Below the pieces are notes generated by a model that was given only the letters and a program-made list of their open reading frames with translations, did not search any database and had not been told where the DNA came from. A DNA stretch of 64,000 nucleotides from Bacteroidota bacterium (GTDB taxonomy: Bacteria; Bacteroidota; Bacteroidia; Chitinophagales; LD1). Each line of letters begins with the position of its first letter. The stretch's first letter is position 1. The stretch spans positions 28,397 through 92,396 of the forward strand of contig JADJZU010000013.1 in the NCBI GenBank assembly GCA_016715625.1, given 5' to 3'. Both the position numbers and the translations under genes were made by a program. Shown here piece after piece: positions 56,771 through 64,000 of the stretch.

Positions 56771-58015
56771 ATGATAAAACAGTTGATTCATTACTTTATT
56801 CCGGAAGCTTATCGGCAGACGGAGGAGTCCTTTAGGAAAGCCCGTTTTCTGGTAAGCGCATGCTTCATGACCGCTGTCTTTTCGTTCTTCTATTTTTTAG
56901 TCTCTGTCTACTTCAATATGACCATGCCCATGTATGGCATGATTCATAATACCATTATGTTGGCATTGCTGCCGTTCTTCTTTCGCTATGGATTGGGCAT
57001 CATTTCTTCAGCCAATCTTTTCATTCTTTTTGGCTGCATAGGGTTGACGGTTACGGTTTTTTACACCGGAGGTTTTGAGTCCGGTACCATGGTGTGGTAT
57101 ATTGTCCTGCCTATTGCCTCTTTGTTGCTGGGCAATAAATTCAGTGCTTACTTCTGGACCTTTGTCTGCTACATGATTGTAGTGGTGCTGGGGGTCATGA
57201 AAATTAATGGATACGATTTTGAGAACCAGATTTCTGCTCAATACATTTATCATTTTAATATATCCTCTATCAGTGGTATTGTGCTCATGATTTTTTTATT
57301 GGCACTCATTTTTGAAAATACAAAAGAAGAGGCCTTTGAGGAACTGCGTTTAAAAAACAAAGCCATAGCGGAGGAGAAGAAAAAATCAGATGATTTGCTC
57401 TTGAACATTTTGCCCGAAGATGCCGCCACCGAGCTTAAGCAGAAAGGATACGTAGACGCCCGCCATTTTAATTTAGTGACGGTATTGTTTACCGACTTTA
57501 AAGATTTTTCCATCATGGCCCAGCGATTAACTCCGGGGGAATTGGTAACGCTGATCAATCGTTATTACCGGGCATTTGATGCCATTACAGAGCGCCATAA
57601 TCTCGAAAAGATTAAAACGATTGGCGATGCTTATATGGCGGTGGGTGGCTTGCCGCGCGAAAATATTTCCAATCCCTGGGATGTTATCAATGCGGCTATT
57701 GATATTGAAAACTTCATGAAGGTAGAGCGCTTAGAAAACCCCGACAGGTCATTTGAGGTACGCATTGGTGTGCACACCGGACCGGTGGTAGCGGGCATCG
57801 TTGGAGTAAAGAAATTTGCCTACGATATCTGGGGCGACACGGTAAACACTGCTTCCAGAATGGAGCAACATGGAGAGGCCGGCAAAATTAATATCAGCGA
57901 AACCACTTATGAGCTGATAAAAGATAAATTCAACTGCACCTATCGGGGCGAGGTAGAGGCCAAAAACAAAGGCAAACTAAAAATGTACTTCGTAGATGAA
58001 GCCATCCCGTACTAA
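56771..58015 (+). CDS. Membrane-bound class III adenylate/guanylate cyclase
   Basis: About 6 N-terminal transmembrane helices, then LLNILPEDAATELKQKG...VTVLFTDFKDFSIMAQ, EKIKTIGDAYMAVGGLP, RIGVHTGPVVAGIVGVKKFAYDIWGDTVNTASRMEQHGEAGKINIS. The start is 3 nt after the upstream stop. Confidence 0.88.
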   Translation: MIKQLIHYFIPEAYRQTEESFRKARFLVSACFMTAVFSFFYFLVSVYFNMTMPMYGMIHNTIMLALLPFFFRYGLGIISSANLFILFGCIGLTVTVFYTGGFESGTMVWYIVLPIASLLLGNKFSAYFWTFVCYMIVVVLGVMKINGYDFENQISAQYIYHFNISSISGIVLMIFLLALIFENTKEEAFEELRLKNKAIAEEKKKSDDLLLNILPEDAATELKQKGYVDARHFNLVTVLFTDFKDFSIMAQRLTPGELVTLINRYYRAFDAITERHNLEKIKTIGDAYMAVGGLPRENISNPWDVINAAIDIENFMKVERLENPDRSFEVRIGVHTGPVVAGIVGVKKFAYDIWGDTVNTASRMEQHGEAGKINISETTYELIKDKFNCTYRGEVEAKNKGKLKMYFVDEAIPY

Positions 58016-58037
58016 TATGGACCTTGTTTGATGGCTA

Positions 58038-59111
58038 TCAGAACTTTGGGCAAAAGACTTTTTTGCCATTGAATTCTCTGCTCCATTTTCCCACATGCAC
58101 CAGCGAAATCTCCGGGCCGCCATTCAAGCGATTGCCTTGGCTTAGTTTGGATAATGTAATGTCGTAGCTCAGTATAATCCGGTTAGACTTAAATTGATAC
58201 CCTACCATAGGGGCCAGTGCATCTTTAACCCGGTAGCTCAAACCGGCCAACAATACATGGCTTGCCACAGACGAACGTTTATTCATTATCCCATAACCCA
58301 CCAGCGATGCTAATTGAAATTGTGAGGCCCGTTTTTCAAACGTGTAATAAAGGTCCAGCATAACGCTGAGTCTTTCGTTGATGTAATAGAGCACTCCTGC
58401 TTGAGCTTGATAGCGCAACCCTAACCGTTCTGAAGTGCCCAAAAAACTTTGTTTAGGACGATTAATGTGTAATACAGATGCTCCTGCTTGCAGCCGCACG
58501 AAGTCGTTGATTTGTGCTGCAAATTGAAGTCCGGCATTAACATCAACCATGCTGAAACTCTCGCGTTGTAAGGGCTCAAAATTGCTTTGCGATAAATCAA
58601 ATCCCTGATCTTCAATCCACTGGTTATTGAAGTAGAATTTTGAAAAATCTACGCTTCGGATAATATAATGAACCCCTGCCCCTGCACTTAACACATAGCG
58701 TTGATCTTTATCTAATGCCTGATGGTAGGCATAGCTAAGTCCTATTCGTTGAAACCGTAATCTGCCATCTCCGGCTTCATCATTTAAAAAATTGAGCCCA
58801 ATGCCCATCCATCCCGTTTTAATTTTCTTTTCGCCAAAAGAAAAATCGATATACGGGCTTTCTGTATGGTAAGTGTAAGTTCCGGTTGTGGTCAGTGCGG
58901 GCCACTGTAACTTGGCATTAAATCCGAGTCGATAATTGCCGTTAAAGTTGCCGGTGTGTGCTGCATTATTAGCGAGTGGTGTTGTGAAAAACTGGCTATA
59001 GTGAATATCCTGCGATTGAAGACTCGATAAAAACGAGGAAATGAAAAGTGCAACAAGCCAATTCCTTTGCTTGTAAATAACAGAATGCAAAACAGAAACC
59101 AATCTTTTCAT
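58038..59111 (-). CDS. Type IX secretion system membrane protein, PorP/SprF family
   Basis: Signal sequence, then QDIHYSQFFTTPLANNAAHTGNFNGNYRLGFN (the family-defining motif). Beta-barrel-like alternating pattern. The gene overlaps the stop of the upstream type-B cargo gene by 4 nt. Confidence 0.85.
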   Translation of the reverse strand: MKRLVSVLHSVIYKQRNWLVALFISSFLSSLQSQDIHYSQFFTTPLANNAAHTGNFNGNYRLGFNAKLQWPALTTTGTYTYHTESPYIDFSFGEKKIKTGWMGIGLNFLNDEAGDGRLRFQRIGLSYAYHQALDKDQRYVLSAGAGVHYIIRSVDFSKFYFNNQWIEDQGFDLSQSNFEPLQRESFSMVDVNAGLQFAAQINDFVRLQAGASVLHINRPKQSFLGTSERLGLRYQAQAGVLYYINERLSVMLDLYYTFEKRASQFQLASLVGYGIMNKRSSVASHVLLAGLSYRVKDALAPMVGYQFKSNRIILSYDITLSKLSQGNRLNGGPEISLVHVGKWSREFNGKKVFCPKF

Positions 59112-62100
59112 CGCAGCAAGGTTATGTTGCCTTTGAGAAACTTGTTATCGCCATTAATTAATACTGCATCCGCAGTGTAGGTATAGGTTTCCACCTCTTG
59201 CAGTATACCTTTATAAATACCATCCCAACCGATGTTTTTGTCGTTGGTTTCAAAAACCAATTCACCCCATCGATTAAAAATGCGGAAGGTGAGTTCTACG
59301 ATTCCTTTTCCCTCAATTTTTACCACATCATTTATCCCATCGCCATTGGGACTGAATGCATTAGGAACGCCAATATTGGCGATGTATCGGATGAAGATTT
59401 CTCTACAGAAAGTATCTGCACAGGCTGTGTTACTGGCGATGATGCATACTGTTTTAGCGCCTATAGTATTGTAAATGTGGGTTGGGTTTTCCTCCACAGA
59501 GGTAGTGCCATCGCCAAAGTTCCAGTTTACTTGCGAATAGAATATACTGTTGTTTGTGAAGGTTACAGGAGTTTCAAACATGAAGGTGTCTTTAGCTAAA
59601 TTGAAGCCTGCGATGGGTTGCTGGTTGACCGTTACCTGACCCACTGCAGTATCATTTACATCGCAAGTGCTATTGTCTGTAATTATCAGTGTAATGCTAT
59701 AAGTTCCTGGACTACTGTAGAGGTGACTGGGCGAAAACTGGTTGGACGTGTTGTTGTCTCCAAAAATCCAGATGAACTGTGCCAAGGGATTGCTGGTGTT
59801 GGTAAACTGCACAGCATCGCCCAGGCAAATATCATTTGTTGTGAAACCGACAGATGCATTTGGTAAAAGGGTTACAATTTGGACACTGGTATCCCTCGGG
59901 TGACACCGATTCGTGTCTTCAGCGATTAATTGTACCGTGTAAGAGCCCGGTAGGTTGTAGCCATGACTTTCCTGAAAGTTGGTCGAAGAACTTCCATCAC
60001 CAAAGTCCCATGTGTAATTTACCGCATTCACACTCTGATTAATTAAATCAATCAGCAGATTGGAATCGCAGTCGTTTAGAATATTCAATTGAAAGGCTGC
60101 CGTCACCGAGTCATTTATAACGGTGATAATGGCCGATGAAGAATCAACTCCAACACATGCATTGGTGTCGGTGGCGAGTATGTTAACCTGGAAGGTGCCG
60201 GTGGTAGTATAAGTGTGAGATACAAAATCGCCATCGGTAGAATCGCCATCTCCAAAAAACCAATAAAAGTCTGTAGAAGCCAGTGCAGAATTACCCGTGA
60301 AGTTAGCTGTGAAGGGGAGGCACCCGCCCGTGTCAGGTATCGTTACGCTGATGTTTAAGGGCAGCAGGCTGATGACAATCTGCTCTGTATCAATCGGTTG
60401 GCAAATTTGTTGTAGGTCAGTTATTATGTGCGTAATAGTGTAGGTTCCTGCAATTGAATAAATGTGTGAGGCGCTATCATTGGTTGAGGTAGTTCCATCA
60501 CCAAAATCCCACAGCTCATTGTCTTCGCCTGAATAGGTGCTCCATACATTTACCATTACAGAATCGCAACCGAAGAATGTTCGCGTGAAGAGAATGGTCG
60601 CATCGGCTACGGAGTCAATCACCGTGATAACCGAGGTAGCTGTATCCGCGATGTTGCAAGACGAGGAGTCAGTCACAATCAACGATACGGTAAATGTTCC
60701 AGCCTGGAGGTAGGTATGGGTAATGGTAGGAAGAATAGCGCCACCGCCATCGCCAAAATTCCATAGAAAACTGGAACTGCCGTTGTCTGCCACAGAAAAT
60801 GTGACAGGCAGCGGAACGCATCCGCCAGCACTACTAATGCTGAAAGATGCATCTACGGAGGCCGGTATAAACACAGGGGTGCTAAAAGTATCGGCCAGAT
60901 TACACTTTGTGGTGTCGGTAATAATCAACGTGATGGTATAAGCCCCCGGATTTTGGTAGAAGTGAATCAAGGAGTCAGAGGTGTAAACGGTGCCGTCCCC
61001 CATGTTCCAGTTGTAGGAGGTAGTGTTATAGGCAAAAGTGTGCAGCGATACTTTATTGCTGTCGCAATCTACTTCAAGGTTGGGAAGAAAATTAGCTACA
61101 AGTGAATCATCACGTACCCATACATCCAGATAGGCCGTGTCTGCAATGTTGCAGGAATTGGAATCAATTCCGATCAACATAACCGTGTAGGTGCCTGTAT
61201 CGGTGTAAACATGGAGTGGGTTTTGCTGAAAGGAAAAAGAACCATCCCCAAAATACCAGATAATGTTTTGTGCATTGCTCACAGTGCTATTGAACTGAAC
61301 GTTGAGTGGCACACAACCGGTGGCTCTTGGGTAAGCATCTATATCTACATACGTTCCCGATAAATCAAAGGCGAGTTTCATGCCCAATAGATTGCAATTG
61401 AAGCTATTGTTGGTGTTACTCCACACTCCGGGAGTAGTAGGAGTAAAGTCCGAACCTCCGCATCCGGCACACATCGCCTGATACACTATGCCATTTCTAT
61501 CGAAACGACTGGTCCCACCGTCTACGTGTTCGTTTACTCCATTTCCGCCAAAATAAGTAGCATACAATAGACTCTGCGCATTTTTGTTCAAAACGATGTA
61601 ATAAAAATCACTTCCATCGCTGGTAGCTTGCAAGGCATCACTGCTTAGAGCCATCCCTGTAGTGTAGCCTTGTGTAAATGGGTTGGGAGCAAACTGATTT
61701 ACATCTCCTCCCCACCCCGATACGTATACGTTTTCGCAAATGTCCACCAGAAATGCAGTCGGTGAAATATTGGTAGTGGAAGAGCCTGAACCAAATACCG
61801 TGGAATAGAGGGTTGCGGTAAATGCGTTGTTCAGTTTGTGAATAAACTGCTTGCCCCCGGGGTTGTTGTAAACTCCTGCGGTAACCGGATAACTTCCCAA
61901 CGATTGTCCGGTTACATACACATCTCCATCATCATCAATTTCTACAAAAAAACTTTGGTCGTATGCGGTAGTTCCCAAATAAGTGGCGTTCAGGAGAAGG
62001 CCGCCATTGGCACTAAACTTTGCAAGATACCCATCCGTTACGCCTCCTTGATAGCCGGTGTGAATAGCTCCTGCGGTAGTTGGGAAATCAATACTGGAAG

Positions 62101-63622
62101 TGCCTCCGGTAACATAGATCTGCCCGATGCTATCCAATTTAATTCCATAGGCCGCATCGGCCGTACTACCGCCCAAGTAGGTGCTGGTAAGCAGTTGAGA
62201 GCAATCTCTGTTTAACTTAAATATGCAAGCATCATGGGTTCCGTTTAGCGTAGACTGAAACGAACTACCGGCTAACGGAAAGTCACTGGAACGAGTGGAA
62301 CTGGCAACGTAAATTTCATCCTGCGCATTAACAATAACCTCGCCTCTGAACTGATCGCCATAATTGTAATGCAGATTGACGGCATCGTTTAAGCCATCAT
62401 TGCCCGTTCCGCCCACAAAGGTAGAGCCGGATAAACCGGTTCCGGATGAATTTAAAACGGTTACTACGATATCGCTGCCGTTGTTGTAAGTAAGTCCATT
62501 TTGCGGATAGTTGATGAATGGCCCACCGGCAAAAGAATTGTCAAATGCATTCGCTGTTACCGGAAAATCTGTGGAGGATGTTGTTCCCAGAATAACCAAT
62601 TCTCCTTGGCTGTTTACCACCAGGCTGCTGGGTTGTTCATTATCAGAGCCTCCTATGTAAGTAGAATACATTAACGCAGCGCCATTACTGCTGAATTTTG
62701 AAATGCTCATATCTATCTGTCCTCCACCAAAAGGGATCTGATAAGCACCCACCGTGGTGGGATACCCGGGGCCAAAAACTATACCTCCTGCATACAAATC
62801 ACCGATAGAATCATAAGTGGCTGTAAACCCAAAGTTGTCGGCCGTAGAGCCGGTATAAGAAGAGAAAATGAGGGTGGGGTCTATCACTAAATCATGTTGG
62901 TGGTTATAGCCATTCGGAAACTGAAAGCTTAGCACATTGCCGTTGGGGTCAAAGTGATATTGGCAGGCAACGGTTTTTCTATCCCCATTTATCTCTTGAT
63001 AGCAATATGGCTTCATCTCTCTAAACTCACCCAGTGAAGTTTTATAGCGAAACTCACCTTGAGAAATATGTGGATGTTGAATTCCATTGTACACTAGCTT
63101 TATGGCGTCAGGCTCGGCACCGGTATGCAAAATGATGTCGTATTTAAATGCATCACCGGCTCCATATACAGCCACATCTATATTTTGCCATACCTGACTA
63201 TAAATTACTTTTTTGTAAGCAGGCACTTTACTTTTCCATTTGCTTTTATCGTTTCCTATCAGGTAGTTTTTATACGCTTTGTCGGCCAATAGTCCATTGG
63301 TCTTCTCTGCAGGTTGTGCGCTGGCGAATGTCACACGGTGAGCATGTGCATTAATCCCTTGTTGCGCATGGCCGTGTTTTGCTTCATGCAAAGCTGCACC
63401 ATCCCATATTTGAAAGGCAAATCCGGTGAGTTCCAGATAAATCTTGCCGCTGCTCAAATCGGCTTGGTAGAGAATGTCGTTATTCCACTGCCCTTTGTTT
63501 TCTGTATATCGCAGACTGGAAGATTCTTGTGCACTGGCTATGCTGCACCCCAGCATGAATGCTATCATTAAAAGACTATAGTCTTTTAATCTATGCGTTA
63601 TGAATGGTGAAGGGTGTACCAC
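59108..63622 (-). CDS. Giant T9SS type-B cargo: SBBP-type beta-propeller repeats, about 9 PKD repeats and a gliding-motility-associated C-terminal sorting domain
   Basis: Signal LLMIAFMLGCSIASAQ. Repeated Y(S/A)T(Y/F)(I/L)GG......(V/I)D..G..Y(V/I).G.T.S.DFP.T blocks (SBBP). PKD signatures W.FGDG..S....P.H.Y...G.Y.V.LI. The C-terminal VPNAFSPNGDGINDVVKIEGKGIVELTFRIFNRWGELVFETNDKNIGWDGIYKG...GNITLLR. The start is a GTG at 63622, with an alternative ATG at 63568. Confidence 0.85.
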   Translation of the reverse strand: MVHPSPFITHRLKDYSLLMIAFMLGCSIASAQESSSLRYTENKGQWNNDILYQADLSSGKIYLELTGFAFQIWDGAALHEAKHGHAQQGINAHAHRVTFASAQPAEKTNGLLADKAYKNYLIGNDKSKWKSKVPAYKKVIYSQVWQNIDVAVYGAGDAFKYDIILHTGAEPDAIKLVYNGIQHPHISQGEFRYKTSLGEFREMKPYCYQEINGDRKTVACQYHFDPNGNVLSFQFPNGYNHQHDLVIDPTLIFSSYTGSTADNFGFTATYDSIGDLYAGGIVFGPGYPTTVGAYQIPFGGGQIDMSISKFSSNGAALMYSTYIGGSDNEQPSSLVVNSQGELVILGTTSSTDFPVTANAFDNSFAGGPFINYPQNGLTYNNGSDIVVTVLNSSGTGLSGSTFVGGTGNDGLNDAVNLHYNYGDQFRGEVIVNAQDEIYVASSTRSSDFPLAGSSFQSTLNGTHDACIFKLNRDCSQLLTSTYLGGSTADAAYGIKLDSIGQIYVTGGTSSIDFPTTAGAIHTGYQGGVTDGYLAKFSANGGLLLNATYLGTTAYDQSFFVEIDDDGDVYVTGQSLGSYPVTAGVYNNPGGKQFIHKLNNAFTATLYSTVFGSGSSTTNISPTAFLVDICENVYVSGWGGDVNQFAPNPFTQGYTTGMALSSDALQATSDGSDFYYIVLNKNAQSLLYATYFGGNGVNEHVDGGTSRFDRNGIVYQAMCAGCGGSDFTPTTPGVWSNTNNSFNCNLLGMKLAFDLSGTYVDIDAYPRATGCVPLNVQFNSTVSNAQNIIWYFGDGSFSFQQNPLHVYTDTGTYTVMLIGIDSNSCNIADTAYLDVWVRDDSLVANFLPNLEVDCDSNKVSLHTFAYNTTSYNWNMGDGTVYTSDSLIHFYQNPGAYTITLIITDTTKCNLADTFSTPVFIPASVDASFSISSAGGCVPLPVTFSVADNGSSSFLWNFGDGGGAILPTITHTYLQAGTFTVSLIVTDSSSCNIADTATSVITVIDSVADATILFTRTFFGCDSVMVNVWSTYSGEDNELWDFGDGTTSTNDSASHIYSIAGTYTITHIITDLQQICQPIDTEQIVISLLPLNISVTIPDTGGCLPFTANFTGNSALASTDFYWFFGDGDSTDGDFVSHTYTTTGTFQVNILATDTNACVGVDSSSAIITVINDSVTAAFQLNILNDCDSNLLIDLINQSVNAVNYTWDFGDGSSSTNFQESHGYNLPGSYTVQLIAEDTNRCHPRDTSVQIVTLLPNASVGFTTNDICLGDAVQFTNTSNPLAQFIWIFGDNNTSNQFSPSHLYSSPGTYSITLIITDNSTCDVNDTAVGQVTVNQQPIAGFNLAKDTFMFETPVTFTNNSIFYSQVNWNFGDGTTSVEENPTHIYNTIGAKTVCIIASNTACADTFCREIFIRYIANIGVPNAFSPNGDGINDVVKIEGKGIVELTFRIFNRWGELVFETNDKNIGWDGIYKGILQEVETYTYTADAVLINGDNKFLKGNITLLR

Positions 63623-63698
63623 GATTTAAACTTACAAAAATAAAGACGTGAAAAGTAGAGCCTAGGTGGCCGATAGTTAACGAAAATGAATAAGGGGG

Positions 63699-64000
63699 TT
63701 AAATATCACCAAGCAGTGGGCGAAGTAACACTTCCTCCACATCAGTGTTTTTAGATAGCTGCTGGATACTCCATACCAGATCCGCCACATCTTCCGGTTT
63801 CATAAATCGGTTGTCGGGGAGCGATGTGCCGCTCCACGAGTCGGTTAAAGTGGCACCGGGCATTAGAGCCGTTACGCGAATACCGTGAGGCTTCAACTCT
63901 TCGCGCAGCGCTTTGGATAGGCCCATCATGGCAAATTTTGAAATGGAATAAGAGCCTCCGTTGGGATAAGCCTGCAATCCGGCTACCGAACTTATATTGA
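63699..64000 (-). CDS. Short-chain dehydrogenase/reductase (SDR), C-terminal part. The gene continues past the right edge.
   Basis: The reading frame is open to the window end. YSISKFAMMGLSKALREELKPHGIRVTALMPGATLTDSW contains the SDR catalytic YxxxK and the downstream PG motif. Confidence 0.7.
   Translation of the reverse strand, partial: NISSVAGLQAYPNGGSYSISKFAMMGLSKALREELKPHGIRVTALMPGATLTDSWSGTSLPDNRFMKPEDVADLVWSIQQLSKNTDVEEVLLRPLLGDI

Noticed and set aside
1-64000. Mobile elements, prophage genes, toxin-antitoxin or known defence systems, tRNA or rRNA genes.
   Set aside because: No translation in the ORF track resembles a transposase, integrase, phage structural protein, restriction-modification component or Cas protein. 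No cloverleaf-like tRNA sequence was spotted in the intergenic regions. Absence by eye is not proof, and tRNAscan, Rfam and defence-finder runs would confirm it.

Overview
The window looks like a Bacteroidota chromosome segment, probably Chitinophagia or Sphingobacteriia. The evidence is three type IX secretion (T9SS) cargo proteins, a PorP/SprF gene, and a TTG-N19-TAnnTTTG promoter. No rRNA, tRNA, CRISPR array, transposase or integrase was recognised.

Layout, left to right:
- **1-368:** a truncated secreted LamG protein gene.
- **599-3316:** a decayed regulatory module, made of an ECF sigma factor, a small membrane protein and a TPR histidine kinase.
- **3384-10739:** rpoC (frame-broken, with no adjacent rpoB), then an SMR-like gene, an S4-domain gene, purH and purN.
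- **10806-16160:** a 1784-aa LamG/PKD protein with a T9SS type-A sorting domain.
- **16259-44281:** a ~28 kb, visibly AT-richer glycan locus that uses the ABC-transporter pathway (Wzm/Wzt). It has about 12 glycosyltransferases, two DegT-type aminotransferases, a WbuX/HisH/HisF-like amidotransferase trio, an AsnB-like enzyme, a sulfotransferase, an FkbM methyltransferase, a NeuD-type acyltransferase, WbqC, a deacetylase, a GNAT and an acyltransferase-3.
- **44417-47834:** gcvT, an MFS transporter and heme A synthase.
- **47898-49019:** a tiny signal-peptide-plus-CTD gene, then a ~760 bp gene-poor gap holding a perfectly phased 10 x 21 bp tandem repeat.
- **49020-52559:** a T9SS type-B cargo gene, YceI, TsaC and a thioesterase.
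- **52687-54244:** a Cys-rich membrane protein and a LysM protein.
- **54347-58015:** an FAD-oxidoreductase/membrane-domain fusion, tightly followed by a membrane class III adenylate cyclase.
- **58038-64000:** a PorP/SprF gene paired with a 1504-aa SBBP/PKD type-B cargo gene, then a truncated SDR gene.

Recurring theme: reading frames are broken at short homopolymers in the sigma factor, the kinase, rpoC, a GT2 and (less precisely located) wzm and the mini-CTD gene. These are strongly concentrated in the first 3.3 kb, which also contains one substitution-type stop codon.

I found no recognisable defence system or mobile element. The most unusual items are the 21-bp repeat array, the sulfotransferase/methyltransferase-bearing Wzt locus, the oxidoreductase-cyclase pair, the Cys-rich protein, and the orphaned, split rpoC.
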